From: Chitinophagales bacterium
GTDB taxonomy: Bacteria; Bacteroidota; Bacteroidia; Chitinophagales; JADJOU01
NCBI GenBank assembly: GCA_030832185.1
Contig: JAURJQ010000022.1
Coordinates: 51,273 to 115,272, forward strand
DNA length: 64,000 nucleotides
Reading direction: 5' to 3'
The position numbers and the translations under genes were made by a program. Of the stretch, positions 9,666-20,006 are shown in pieces. How positions within the stretch are numbered: the stretch's first letter is position 1; each line of letters begins with the position of its first letter. The notes below the pieces were generated by a model. That model saw nothing but the letters and a program-made list of their open reading frames with translations. It was not told where the DNA came from and ran no database searches.

Positions 9666-10638
9666 GTCTCTGATGATAACTTAAGGTGTGGTTAAAATAG
9701 CGCTTTTGTTCAATTAATGAATAATCCGCATGGTTTAGTTTGGGAGCTTCAATTCCCGATCCGAGCACTAAATCCTGATTTTCTATCCATAAGACTTCAT
9801 GAAAAAGCTTATGACTACTAAAAAACTGGAAAACCTCTCCTCCGCCCTCGATGAGTATATTTCTATAGCCTAGTTTGAATAAGCTCTTTTTCAAGATCTT
9901 GGGATCGCCTTCGGAGACGAAATGAATCTGGCGTCCATCTTCGGTTGAGATGCTTGACTTCAGGTTGTGATCTAACACAATAATATCTGGTTGAATATCT
10001 GCATGATACAGTCTAGCATGGAGACTAGGTTTATCTATCTCCCAGGTCGTTTTACCTACTAATATAGCATCTACCTCAGAACGAATTTTATGTGAAATGA
10101 CATCTATCTCTGGTACAGTAATTTTTATTCGCTCTCCTTTTCGACCTATATATTCATCTTGACTCATAGCCAATTTACCAATAAAATAGGGCTCGTTTTG
10201 AGTTTGATTAATAAAAAATCTTATGTTAAGCTGTTTCTGTCTTTCTTGCCAATCTAGGTTTATAACTTCTATTTTATGAGATCTTAGGTGGTCTATACCT
10301 TGGTTTCTCACTCTAGGATTAAAATCCGCACTTCCTACGACTACCTTTTTCAGTGCATGATTCAAAATATAGTCAGTACATGCGGGTGTTTTTCCTCGAA
10401 AATTACAAGGCTCCAAGGATATATACAAGGTAGATTCGCTTAGCAGTTCTCCATTAGCCAATCTATTAATGCAATTAACTTCTGCATGAGGACCTCCATA
10501 GAAGGCGTGAAAGCCCTCTGCTATAATTTTATCATTATGCACCAGTAAGGCCCCGACAAGCGGATTAGAACGGGTAGATCCTCTTCCCCGCTCAGCCAGC
10601 TCGAAACATCGATTCATATAATAGTCATGTAAATACAT
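9646..10638 (-). CDS. ribD: Riboflavin biosynthesis deaminase/reductase RibD
   Basis: NPLVG, HAEV and LEPC...TPAC deaminase motifs; ILIEGG reductase motif. Start trimmed to ATG 10638. Confidence 0.93.
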   Translation of the reverse strand: MYLHDYYMNRCFELAERGRGSTRSNPLVGALLVHNDKIIAEGFHAFYGGPHAEVNCINRLANGELLSESTLYISLEPCNFRGKTPACTDYILNHALKKVVVGSADFNPRVRNQGIDHLRSHKIEVINLDWQERQKQLNIRFFINQTQNEPYFIGKLAMSQDEYIGRKGERIKITVPEIDVISHKIRSEVDAILVGKTTWEIDKPSLHARLYHADIQPDIIVLDHNLKSSISTEDGRQIHFVSEGDPKILKKSLFKLGYRNILIEGGGEVFQFFSSHKLFHEVLWIENQDLVLGSGIEAPKLNHADYSLIEQKRYFNHTLSYHQRHDLFTI

Positions 10639-10690
10639 TGAACAAATATATAAAATTTGACTAGTTTTGAATCTGGTTAAAATGATTTGC

Positions 10691-11284
10691 ATGCAAAAAA
10701 TTCAATCACTGGCCATATTCTGCGGTTCTAGTCAAGGAAATAATCCACGATTCACCCTAATAGCCCAAGAATTAGGTAAATATCTAGCCCTAAATCAAAT
10801 AAAAATGATCTATGGGGGTGCCCATGTAGGTTTAATGGGTAAAGTAGCTGATTCATGTTTGCACAATAACGGTCATGTAGTAGGAGTGATTCCACGCTTT
10901 CTCAGCCAAAAAGAAATAGTTCATGAAGGTCTGACAGAAATTATAGAGACTAAATCTATGCATGAGCGAAAGGCATTAATGGAGGAATTAGCGGATGGGT
11001 TTATAGCTATTCCTGGTGGCTTCGGTACGTTAGATGAACTATTTGAAATTTTGACCTGGGCTCAATTAGGACTTCATACCAAGCCCATAGGTATATTGAA
11101 TGTAGATAATTTCTACACACCTCTCTTAAATATGTTAGAAACTATGGAGACTAATCAATTGCTAAAACCTATACATAAAAACATGCTCTTGGTGTCTGAA
11201 ACTAAGGAAGAGCTGCTAAAAAAAATGCAAGCCTACCAAGCCCCAGAATTGCCAAAATGGATAAAGAAACTAGAGGAAAGTTGA
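10691..11284 (+). CDS. LOG-family (TIGR00730) nucleotide monophosphate nucleosidase
   Basis: FCGSS, YGG...GLMG, MHERK and PGGFGTLDE motifs. Start trimmed to ATG 10691, with promoter motif TAGTTTTG at 10662-10669. Confidence 0.93.
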   Translation: MQKIQSLAIFCGSSQGNNPRFTLIAQELGKYLALNQIKMIYGGAHVGLMGKVADSCLHNNGHVVGVIPRFLSQKEIVHEGLTEIIETKSMHERKALMEELADGFIAIPGGFGTLDELFEILTWAQLGLHTKPIGILNVDNFYTPLLNMLETMETNQLLKPIHKNMLLVSETKEELLKKMQAYQAPELPKWIKKLEES

Positions 11285-11361
11285 GTGTTGAAATTTGAAT
11301 CAAGCACTCACGGGTTGATTCTAGAGCGCTTGGCAAGGAAATCTTTTATCATAGCTTCAAA

Positions 11362-12213
11362 TTACTTATTATACTTAAATCTATTATGCGATAAGAGCCA
11401 TAGACTTGGATCTTCAAGGATATTATTCTCTAGGAGTTCGAATTGCTTCATTGTAAGGTCATAAGGTTTATCTGTGACGTACTTTACCTCTATGAGTTCG
11501 AGCTCGTATGTATTGCTTTTTGTCACACGCAGAAAATAGACTGCTTGTTTTTGAGATTTAGCAAATTTTTCTGCTCCAGATATAACTGGTACCGTCTGTC
11601 CGAAAAACTTTAACCAATGCTGATGGTAGGGATCGCCCGGATTCTGGTCTATAGCGAATAAATTGATACAAACCTTCTTGGTTTTCTGCACTCGAAATAA
11701 ATCGAACGTAGATTTGGTAGAGACCAATATAGCTCCAAAACGCTGCCTTAGACGCATCATAAATTGATTGAGCGCACTATTCTTAATAGGCGTATAGAGT
11801 ATGACTACATTCAATTTAGGGATAAAAAGTCCAGCCCATTGGCAGAACAACTCCCAGTTCCCAATATGCGATAAGAGTATCGTAGCATTTTCTCCGCTGG
11901 CAAAGATTTCCTCAAACACTTCAGGATTTTTAAATCGGACTTTAGGTTTCAGCTCTTCAGGACTGGCACGAAAACACCAGAGCGTTTCGACGATTAAATC
12001 AGCCATGTGATGATAATACCTAAATTTGTATGCCGATAACTCTAGTTTACTTGCGTGTGGCAGTAGAATGGTTAAATTAGCATCAACAACTTTTCTTCTA
12101 TAGCGTACAATATGCGCCAAAACGAAATAAATAAGCCTTCTTAAGCCTTTGCCAAATCGAAATGATTCGAGATAATATATTAAATGTATTAGTAATTTTA
12201 ACAAAAATGACAT
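11362..12213 (-). CDS. Lipid A/lysophospholipid acyltransferase (LpxL/HtrB-like)
   Basis: HIGNWE, DQNP and WLLSHNRFK motifs. Confidence 0.88.
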   Translation of the reverse strand: MSFLLKLLIHLIYYLESFRFGKGLRRLIYFVLAHIVRYRRKVVDANLTILLPHASKLELSAYKFRYYHHMADLIVETLWCFRASPEELKPKVRFKNPEVFEEIFASGENATILLSHIGNWELFCQWAGLFIPKLNVVILYTPIKNSALNQFMMRLRQRFGAILVSTKSTFDLFRVQKTKKVCINLFAIDQNPGDPYHQHWLKFFGQTVPVISGAEKFAKSQKQAVYFLRVTKSNTYELELIEVKYVTDKPYDLTMKQFELLENNILEDPSLWLLSHNRFKYNK

Positions 12214-12228
12214 GAAAGATTTTATAAA

Positions 12229-12519
12229 TTATTTTAAACCTATTTTAGCCAAAACACGATTAAATTCTGTTTTAGCGATAGTCCCTAGACATTCTCCTTT
12301 GAAAAATACTATAATATAATCTAATTCAGATCTAAGTTTTATTCTGCCTTGAAAAATACCAACATCGCTAGACCTTATGAAAGAATTAATAACTTTACTA
12401 TCTTCCTTTCTGCAGGCTATCTCCTCTTCCTTGTAAAAAATTACAAATCTTAATCTTCCTTTATATTCTTCTATGCCAAAAGAATAGTCATTGGCCTTAG
12501 TTAAGGAAGTAAGAAGCAT
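12229..12519 (-). CDS. Hypothetical protein
   Basis: 96-aa ORF abutting the stop of the upstream peptidase gene; fills the gap in the operon. Confidence 0.6.
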   Translation of the reverse strand: MLLTSLTKANDYSFGIEEYKGRLRFVIFYKEEEIACRKEDSKVINSFIRSSDVGIFQGRIKLRSELDYIIVFFKGECLGTIAKTEFNRVLAKIGLK

Positions 12520-13716
12520 TTAGTTTTTAACTAATTTCGACTTAATAGTTGATGGAAGCCCATTTTTATTGACTAGAATAGCCGTTGTCTTATACATTAG
12601 ATAAGCTTTGGTTACATAGATGTAGCCTTTGTGATCATTTTTCTCTCCCCATGAGTTTTTGACGATATAATATTCTCTTCCTGTCTGATCTTTGGCCAGG
12701 CCTGTAATATGCATTCCGTGATCATCCGTAGTCTCATAGTTATCAAATGCTTTTTGGCGCATTTCTTGAGTAATAACTAGCTCAGGCTTAGGGCCGTCGA
12801 ATATTTTTTTCATTTTACTCTGATACTCATCATCTCTATTATCCTCCGGAAGACTATCTGGCACAATGGCTACACCATTTTTCCAGCTAAATCCCTTCTC
12901 GCTCACATCCGTAGCCCAGGCTACCGAATAGTTGTTTTTCAATGCATAGTCTATGATTTCGGTCATTTCGGTCATTTTTACATTCCATACCTTATCAAAA
13001 CTCCAGTTATCAGGCACTAATAAAATAGATTCTTCATAGAAAGGAACGTGACTAAAGCTAGATATTTCTATGTAATCGTCTGCTTTGATACCAAGGTAGT
13101 TATCAGCAAATGATTTAGGCGTATACTTTTTACCCTCAAATTCAAAATCTGCGGGCGGCGTTCCTAGATAAGAATCAACTAATGTGACGAAATTTTTCTT
13201 CCAGAGTGGAGATATCTTGCCGCTCTTATTGCTAATAATACCTTTTAAATATCCTTCAAGGACAGCCATCATCTCTCCAAAGTTATTGATTTTACTGTCA
13301 TATTGAATCCCTGAATATACGGATTGCGGAAGGGCTCCATATTTTCGATACATATTCATGACATCATGAAAAGCTCCGCCTTCACCCCATCCAAGATTTC
13401 CATGCAAGCGCACATAGGTCTCCGCCTTGTCAATTAGTGCACATCGCACAGCAAAAATATCTGCTAGATCTAATTGCTTACCTTTTAAACGAATATATTC
13501 ACTCTCTAGAAATGAATTTCCGCTATAACTCCAGCAAGTGCCAGACTTACCTTGAGCTTTCACCGAAGTTTTTTCAATATCATAAATAGAAGTGAATTGA
13601 AATTTTTTCTTGGCGCTATCTGATTTGTTTTTTTCTAAAGCATTGATGAGATTATCCTGAGCAAATATGGATAAGTTAATGAAGAGAATAAGTACTGAAA
13701 GTATGAATTTGTTCAT
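12520..13716 (-). CDS. C1B cysteine aminopeptidase (PepC/bleomycin hydrolase-like), exported
   Basis: QGKSGTCWS, DDHGMHITG and VKNSWG catalytic motifs; signal peptide; promoter motif TAAATTTG at 13736-13743. Confidence 0.92.
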   Translation of the reverse strand: MNKFILSVLILFINLSIFAQDNLINALEKNKSDSAKKKFQFTSIYDIEKTSVKAQGKSGTCWSYSGNSFLESEYIRLKGKQLDLADIFAVRCALIDKAETYVRLHGNLGWGEGGAFHDVMNMYRKYGALPQSVYSGIQYDSKINNFGEMMAVLEGYLKGIISNKSGKISPLWKKNFVTLVDSYLGTPPADFEFEGKKYTPKSFADNYLGIKADDYIEISSFSHVPFYEESILLVPDNWSFDKVWNVKMTEMTEIIDYALKNNYSVAWATDVSEKGFSWKNGVAIVPDSLPEDNRDDEYQSKMKKIFDGPKPELVITQEMRQKAFDNYETTDDHGMHITGLAKDQTGREYYIVKNSWGEKNDHKGYIYVTKAYLMYKTTAILVNKNGLPSTIKSKLVKN

Positions 13717-13917
13717 GGAATATGTTTTAGGAAAGCAAATTTAGCTCAATTTAATCAATAGAAGGTTGGAAAAAACTTTACTATTTGATTTAATTCTTAT
13801 ACGATTCACTTTCATTCCTATGAAAGTGACTTTAGAATGAAGACAAAAGTGGATTTTTGAATCCAAATGAATTTATGCAATTCTTGTAATGTGCATAAAA
13901 ACAGAAGAATTGAGCCT

Positions 13918-14472
13918 TTAGCTAGTGGTAGTCAATATAACATCTAGAGGCACATCGTGCGCTTCTAGAGGCAAGTCACTTGCAAATTGAAAGGGATAAA
14001 ACAAGCCCAATTTGACTGATAATGGGTGTTTATCAAGAAAATAATCATAATACCCTCCCCCATAACCTAGTCTATATTTTTCAGCATTATATGCGAGTCC
14101 AGGAACAATGACTAGGTCAAAGTCTCCATTATATTCCTCTGCATTGGCAGGGTGCCTAGTTCCATATCTCCCCTGCTCTAAATTTTCTAATGAAGTTAAG
14201 ATTAAGTTCTTAAAAATCGGTTTATTTTCGGCTTGAGGGCATACAATCTTTATATCCAAATCCAATAACTTCTGAATCACAGGATAAAAATCAACCTCAG
14301 AGCCGATGGGTAAGTAAGTATGTATGGTAGAGAATCCGTGCATTTTAATATAATCCATAAGTAAACCGCTTAGAAAAAAATCATATTTTCTCTTTTCAAG
14401 CAAAGAAAGTAAGTTTCTTTTTTCAAGAAAATAAGGGCGAAGTTCGTTTTTTTTCATTCTGAATGTATACAT
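13918..14472 (-). CDS. ygfA: 5-formyltetrahydrofolate cyclo-ligase
   Basis: DLVIVPGLAY...RLGYGGGYYD and EAHDVPLD motifs. Confidence 0.93.
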   Translation of the reverse strand: MYTFRMKKNELRPYFLEKRNLLSLLEKRKYDFFLSGLLMDYIKMHGFSTIHTYLPIGSEVDFYPVIQKLLDLDIKIVCPQAENKPIFKNLILTSLENLEQGRYGTRHPANAEEYNGDFDLVIVPGLAYNAEKYRLGYGGGYYDYFLDKHPLSVKLGLFYPFQFASDLPLEAHDVPLDVILTTTS

Positions 14473-14541
14473 GATTATCTCTAGACAAAATCAGACTGAT
14501 AAGCATTGGACTGGATCTCATATAATTATGATAAACTGTTC

Positions 14542-15957
14542 CTATTTATTTGAATCATCAATTAAGTTTACCTCTGCAAGTATAATATCAGCTATGGCAT
14601 TTGCTTGATGCCTGAGTTCGTTGACGGCTGTGCTTTCCCAAAGTTCTCCTTTGAGATTAGAGCCTAAGGTGAAAAGATTTGAATGCTCTACACCATCTTT
14701 GTATTTAACTTTAAAAGTCTCTACATTCGTTTGAATTCCAAGTTTTAGTTCGTCCTGATAAAAAATACCATCTTGAATACATTGACCTAAAAAATTATTT
14801 TCTAATTTGCTAAAGTCAGTTTCAGGCCCAGTACAGTTAATTACTCTAGACACTTTTAAGACCTGAGTTTTTCGCTGTTTCTTATCAAAATATCTAACGT
14901 CAATGCATCCACCTGTTTCTGTGATATCTACGATTTTCCCAGACTGTATATGCAGTAGACCATCTATACGTAATTTTTGGATTTTGTCATAGATATGAAG
15001 AGGAATTCTGTGCCTAGCTACGCCGAATAAATGCCTCAATCTGGACATAAAAAATTGCTTTTCTGCCGCAGTTAAATTTCTCCATATTCCCTGAGTACGA
15101 GGCCTCAAAGCATCAATAATCGGCTCGGCTGATATGCCAAATTGACGGACAATTTTGACATGCTTATGTATAACTCTAGTTAGCTCTTTTAAACTCATCT
15201 TATCATGAATTTCTTCTAAATGAGCATGATAAATCAATCCAGTATGTCTGTGCGGCAAAATATTGAACCCATTGGGAGAAATGGAATATATCTCTCCTTT
15301 AAATTTATTATCTTGTAAGCCAAGAATAGTATCCACCATAGTGAGGCCATTACCAATAATAAGAATAGGAAGGGAATCATCCACATTACTGACGCATTCT
15401 TTTTTCCAAGGATTTTGAAAATAATTTGAACTTTTGAAGAAAGAAAAATTAGGAATACTTGGATTTTTAGGAATCTGATTGCCAGTAGCCATGATGCATT
15501 TATCTACTATGATACTCGGCGAATTCATAAATGACAATTCAATACCAACACTAAGATTTGTTAGCTTTATAACTGTATCTACTAGCTCTAGGACATCTAT
15601 CTCCTTCTCTTTCGCTATCTTGATAGATTCCTTCCACAATTCACACAAATAATCGCCATAAAGATTTCTAGAGAGAAAGGATTTTGCTACAATTTCCTTT
15701 GGCAAATCCTGAAAAGAAGATCTTGCCATAACCCAGTCTAGAAAATGACTAGGCTGATCAGGAAACGCGCTCATTTTTTCTGTGGACACATTGAGAATGT
15801 GCTTGTCCAAATAGGACTCATAGGCTGTGCCTCTAGCAAAGCTACTCTTTTCTCCAATTATATATAGCTGTAATGGAGTATTTGTTTTTTTAATTAAATT
15901 CACTGCAGTCATAATACCTGCAAATCCCCCCCCAATAATCCCTATACGAGATGTCAT
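14542..15957 (-). CDS. FAD/NAD(P)-binding oxidoreductase (YdhS-like)
   Basis: IIGGGFAG, GTAY...HILNV...MSAF, IIGNGLTMVD, INCTGP and GELWESTAVNELR. Confidence 0.85.
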   Translation of the reverse strand: MTSRIGIIGGGFAGIMTAVNLIKKTNTPLQLYIIGEKSSFARGTAYESYLDKHILNVSTEKMSAFPDQPSHFLDWVMARSSFQDLPKEIVAKSFLSRNLYGDYLCELWKESIKIAKEKEIDVLELVDTVIKLTNLSVGIELSFMNSPSIIVDKCIMATGNQIPKNPSIPNFSFFKSSNYFQNPWKKECVSNVDDSLPILIIGNGLTMVDTILGLQDNKFKGEIYSISPNGFNILPHRHTGLIYHAHLEEIHDKMSLKELTRVIHKHVKIVRQFGISAEPIIDALRPRTQGIWRNLTAAEKQFFMSRLRHLFGVARHRIPLHIYDKIQKLRIDGLLHIQSGKIVDITETGGCIDVRYFDKKQRKTQVLKVSRVINCTGPETDFSKLENNFLGQCIQDGIFYQDELKLGIQTNVETFKVKYKDGVEHSNLFTLGSNLKGELWESTAVNELRHQANAIADIILAEVNLIDDSNK

Positions 15958-15977
15958 ATATGCTATTTTTTACAAAT

Positions 15978-16175
15978 TTACTCAAATGGCTCTAATTCCT
16001 TGTGACTTCCGTCACAGAAAGGCTGATTCTGGGATTTTCCACATCGGCAGAACGATGCTGCTGACTCTTTCACAGTTATTTTCCCCTGTATATCGATTTC
16101 CATCTTATCAGTGATGACTCTCAGTGGTCCATTTTTTTTAACTTCAATTTTTACGATTGATTCTTGATTTGACAT
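15978..16175 (-). CDS. CDGSH iron-sulfur domain protein
   Basis: FCRCGKSQNQPFCDGSH motif and N-terminal NGP. Confidence 0.92.
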   Translation of the reverse strand: MSNQESIVKIEVKKNGPLRVITDKMEIDIQGKITVKESAASFCRCGKSQNQPFCDGSHKELEPFE

Positions 16176-16249
16176 ATAATTTAGTTTATAATTATGATCT
16201 GTTTAATTTCAGCTTTAATATTTTAAAATTCAAAATTATGAATTCAAAA

Positions 16250-18013
16250 TTAATTCATGACCAATTCCTCTAAGACATTCAGTGGCACAGAGCCATTCAT
16301 AAGCACAATATCATGAAATGTTCGTATATCAAATTTTTTTCCTAATTTCATCTTAGATTGTTCTCTCAACTCTAAGATTTTAATCATACCTATCTTATAG
16401 CCAGTAGCCTGCCCGGGCCATAAGAAATATCGTTCTATTTCTTTATTAATATCTCCCTCTGCATTGGCTGTATTTTTTATAAAGTAGGCTATAGCCTGTT
16501 CTTTGGTCCACTTCTTGTAATGAATACCTACATCCACCACTAGACGCGCAGCTCTGAATATTTCCATACTCAAACGACCAAAATCGGAATAAGGATCTTG
16601 ATAAAACCCCAGCTCTTTATTTAATTTTTCTGAATACAATGCCCAGCCTTCTATATAGGCTGTGTTTCCTCCATGTTTTCTAAAATCAGGAATATTGGTC
16701 AATTCCTGTGCTATAGCAATCTGCATATGATGACCTGGAATAGCCTCATGAGCTGTCAATGCCTCTAGTTGATATTTGGGATTATCAACCATATTATACA
16801 AATTCACATAATAGCGACCAGGTCTCTTACCATCTATACTTGGATTTTCATAAAATGCACCACCCGCAGACTTTTCTCGAAAAGACTCCACGGCCATGAC
16901 TTCGCAGGTGGCTATAGGCTTTATATTGAATACCTCGGGTATTTTTTTATTGGTTTCCTCAAAATACCTCTTAGCATCTCCGAGCAGAGCCTTACGACCT
17001 GTCTGATCAGAGCTATATTGAAACTGCTTATTTGTTCGGACAAATTGAAAGAAATCTTGTAAAGAATCATTCTTATACTTTACCTGCTTCATTATTATCT
17101 TCATCTCGTCTTGGATCCGAGCGACTTCTTCTAGACCTAATTTGTAGACTTCGTCTGGCGTCATATTAAGTGTTGTGTTGGATTTTAAACAATACTTATA
17201 AAAATCTTCCCCTTTCGGTAAAGACCATACTCCATGACTAGCCTTAGACATTAGTGCATATTCATCCCAAAATTTAGCCATCGCTTGATAGGAAGGAAGG
17301 ACAGATTCTTTTATAGCCACCTTAGCAGCCTCGCGAAGTCTATCTTTCTTTGCATCGGAGACATTTATTTTGGCAAGTTTAGCCGAGAAATCATCGATTA
17401 AATCATTCTTATTAGAATTAGAAAGTGAAGTTATCATAGATTCTATAGATTCCTTTACATATGGAAAAGTAAAAGCGGGTGGAACCACCCCAATAGATTG
17501 ACTATACCTTAGATTTTCTATGGTCTGTTCCATAGGATATTTAAAATTTCTCAGACGCTGAATATAATCTTCGATGTCCACAAGTGAATCTACCACATGC
17601 ACATTGACAAGGAAAGCAGGCATATCTGTCACGACACCTCCCATTTGATTCAACTCATAAAAATAACCCTCCCATTTCTGCGCCTCCTCTGCGTTTTTTA
17701 TATCTTCTTCGTAAAGTCTTAAACTCAAAAGACTTTGAGCATCTAGCATTGATTTATCATATTGAAGCAGCGTATCGAGCACATCTTTTTTAATCTTCAA
17801 CTCTCTTCTACTATGCTCTGTGCTTCTATCGGTCCACTCTCCATAGTTGTATTTCAAACCGAGAGAAGCAGCAAATTCAGGATTTCGTTGGAGCATTTCA
17901 TCGAATTTCTTATCCAAGAATTCATGGAATTTTTTATTCGTTTCGGAATCAGCTTTCGGTGTGGTCTGACATCCAAGAATAAAAACTACTGTCAACAAAA
18001 AAAAAACTTTCAT
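16250..18013 (-). CDS. DUF885-family lipoprotein (putative metallopeptidase)
   Basis: Lipobox ILGC; HEAIPGHH, EGWALYSE and WPGQATGY motifs. Confidence 0.92.
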   Translation of the reverse strand: MKVFFLLTVVFILGCQTTPKADSETNKKFHEFLDKKFDEMLQRNPEFAASLGLKYNYGEWTDRSTEHSRRELKIKKDVLDTLLQYDKSMLDAQSLLSLRLYEEDIKNAEEAQKWEGYFYELNQMGGVVTDMPAFLVNVHVVDSLVDIEDYIQRLRNFKYPMEQTIENLRYSQSIGVVPPAFTFPYVKESIESMITSLSNSNKNDLIDDFSAKLAKINVSDAKKDRLREAAKVAIKESVLPSYQAMAKFWDEYALMSKASHGVWSLPKGEDFYKYCLKSNTTLNMTPDEVYKLGLEEVARIQDEMKIIMKQVKYKNDSLQDFFQFVRTNKQFQYSSDQTGRKALLGDAKRYFEETNKKIPEVFNIKPIATCEVMAVESFREKSAGGAFYENPSIDGKRPGRYYVNLYNMVDNPKYQLEALTAHEAIPGHHMQIAIAQELTNIPDFRKHGGNTAYIEGWALYSEKLNKELGFYQDPYSDFGRLSMEIFRAARLVVDVGIHYKKWTKEQAIAYFIKNTANAEGDINKEIERYFLWPGQATGYKIGMIKILELREQSKMKLGKKFDIRTFHDIVLMNGSVPLNVLEELVMN

Positions 18014-18035
18014 TATTTATAATTGATTTTTCAAA

Positions 18036-19463
18036 TTAGTTGGCTACTTTATTTGGTCGTTCTGTCTTGGCAGGAGCGGCTAAAGATTCTGTAATATTTT
18101 TTCTCTTTCTATTTCCAAATCCTGCTCTAAAGCCGAAATGAAAGTCTACTGCTTTATTGTTTTCTGAAAACATGGCAGATAAAAAACTTCCTGTTCCGAA
18201 ATAAACTGGTCCTAGTTTAACACCAAGTCCAAGAGTCGTTCCCTGAAGGCTAGAAAAACTCAGTGGCATGTAGGCTTCGAATACTCTAAATGAAATACGA
18301 GGAGTGAAACAAATGAAATCAGGAGCTATAAGACTTCGAGGGTTATCTCTCTTTGTCATAGGTCGCTGCAAGTGTGTTGTCAGATAAATGGATTTCCATA
18401 CATTCCAGTCCGCAGTTAAGTTAAAAGCTGAGGGTAAATTAATTGTCTGCAGACTATCTATAGGCACTTCTGTAGCTATACCAGAAACTTTTATATTATT
18501 GATGATTTCATCCATATTATCGCCCTGAATGGTCGTAGGGTCGAAATTTGTAATTGGATTTATTATAAAACTTCGGCTGTTCTGCGCATTCATGCTCGCA
18601 CTCATAGTGCCTATGTCCACAATAGACGCACCTAGTTTGAGAATATATTCACCTGTTTTTTTATCCTTGTATTGATAAGTCGCACCTAGGTCTAAACCAA
18701 TCCCTTTAGGGCTTCCCATAAAATTAGAACCAAAATCTTCTAATGGGCCATTAGAGCCTGTGTGTTCCATTCCTATCCCCCCTGAGCCATTAGAGATTCT
18801 AACATTTCCACCTGCTGCAGTATCGATGGTCGCCTTAAAATTAGTCAAAAAAGCATTAGCATAACCCCCCAGAAAAAGGGCTTTAATACTCGCACCTCCG
18901 GAGAAACTATGTTCTTTAGAATTATATAAATTCATAGCGAATGATCCGCCGATCTCTGTCCAACCTACAAGATTCATGCTCATATTATTGATGGTAGGAG
19001 TCGTATAGGGAAGCGTCGCGTTTTCTATCGTTTCAGACCTCGCCAAAGCTCTCGCCGTCACAATATCTAGATTATTCATCGCCATTTGCAATCGAGCTCT
19101 AGTAAATAAACCCGCTGTCATCTTATCATTAATAGCACAGGCAACACCTGGCCCCATGACGTCCATATTGATTCGAAAAGTAAATCCTTCTGGACTTACT
19201 TTATTTAAGTAACGATCCACGAAACTGTCCAAATTTCCTATGGAAGATGGTACCAGATTCACCACGTTATTCGCTAGATTCAAGTCAAATCCTACAAAAT
19301 GAACGTCCACTTTCTGCGGCATATTCGCCAATTCAGCAGGGTTAATCGTCGCACCTAGAATTCCCGCGCGCTTTGATGTTCTGATTCCACTTAAAGAATA
19401 CTGGGCGAAAAATACTTGGTGGCAAAGCAAAATAAATATACAACTAAAGAATATTTTTTTCAC
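18036..19463 (-). CDS. DUF5723-like outer-membrane beta-barrel protein
   Basis: Signal peptide, INPA, GIGLDLGATY, LGASIVDIG and LGPVYFG. Confidence 0.7.
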   Translation of the reverse strand: MKKIFFSCIFILLCHQVFFAQYSLSGIRTSKRAGILGATINPAELANMPQKVDVHFVGFDLNLANNVVNLVPSSIGNLDSFVDRYLNKVSPEGFTFRINMDVMGPGVACAINDKMTAGLFTRARLQMAMNNLDIVTARALARSETIENATLPYTTPTINNMSMNLVGWTEIGGSFAMNLYNSKEHSFSGGASIKALFLGGYANAFLTNFKATIDTAAGGNVRISNGSGGIGMEHTGSNGPLEDFGSNFMGSPKGIGLDLGATYQYKDKKTGEYILKLGASIVDIGTMSASMNAQNSRSFIINPITNFDPTTIQGDNMDEIINNIKVSGIATEVPIDSLQTINLPSAFNLTADWNVWKSIYLTTHLQRPMTKRDNPRSLIAPDFICFTPRISFRVFEAYMPLSFSSLQGTTLGLGVKLGPVYFGTGSFLSAMFSENNKAVDFHFGFRAGFGNRKRKNITESLAAPAKTERPNKVAN

Positions 19464-19572
19464 AAATTTTAATATTTAGCTAGTAAATGTATGTTAATTT
19501 TAAAACATAGGTAGAAAAAACTTTTAGCTAACCGGAAAATAACTATTTTAGAGCCTTAAAAATAACTTATGT

Positions 19573-19992
19573 ATGAATAAAACTTTGTTTCAAATCGCTT
19601 TAATTAGTTTATTTTCTATAACACTGCAAAGTCAAAATCCCTTAGGTATATGGGTCACAGTAGATGATGAAACTGGGAAAGAAAAATCTCATGTAGAAAT
19701 CTTTGAGAAAGGGGGCAAGTTGTTTGGGAAAATCGTAAAACTTCTGCTCAAGCCTCAAAATACAGTCTGCGAAGTCTGTGATGGAGATCGTAAAAATAAG
19801 CCTCTCGTAGGAATGATTATTATCTCCAATATGTCTAAAAAAGGCGATAAGTGGGAAGGTGGGAAAGTATATAAAGCGGATGCTGGGAAAGAGTATAATG
19901 GATTTTTGAAAATGGCTGGTCCAGATAAGCTAGTGGTAACAGGTAAGGTACTTTTTATTACCAAATCTCAAACATGGAGAAGACTTAAATAA
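19573..19992 (+). CDS. DUF2147-family protein
   Basis: GIWVTVDDETG...VEI, a CxxC, WEGGKVY and SQTWRR. Confidence 0.88.
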   Translation: MNKTLFQIALISLFSITLQSQNPLGIWVTVDDETGKEKSHVEIFEKGGKLFGKIVKLLLKPQNTVCEVCDGDRKNKPLVGMIIISNMSKKGDKWEGGKVYKADAGKEYNGFLKMAGPDKLVVTGKVLFITKSQTWRRLK

Positions 19993-20006
19993 TCGATGTA
20001 TCTATT

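Noticed and set aside
14473-14541. 6S RNA expected upstream of ygfA as in ssrS-ygfA operons
   Set aside because: The gap is only 69 nt and has no long hairpin.
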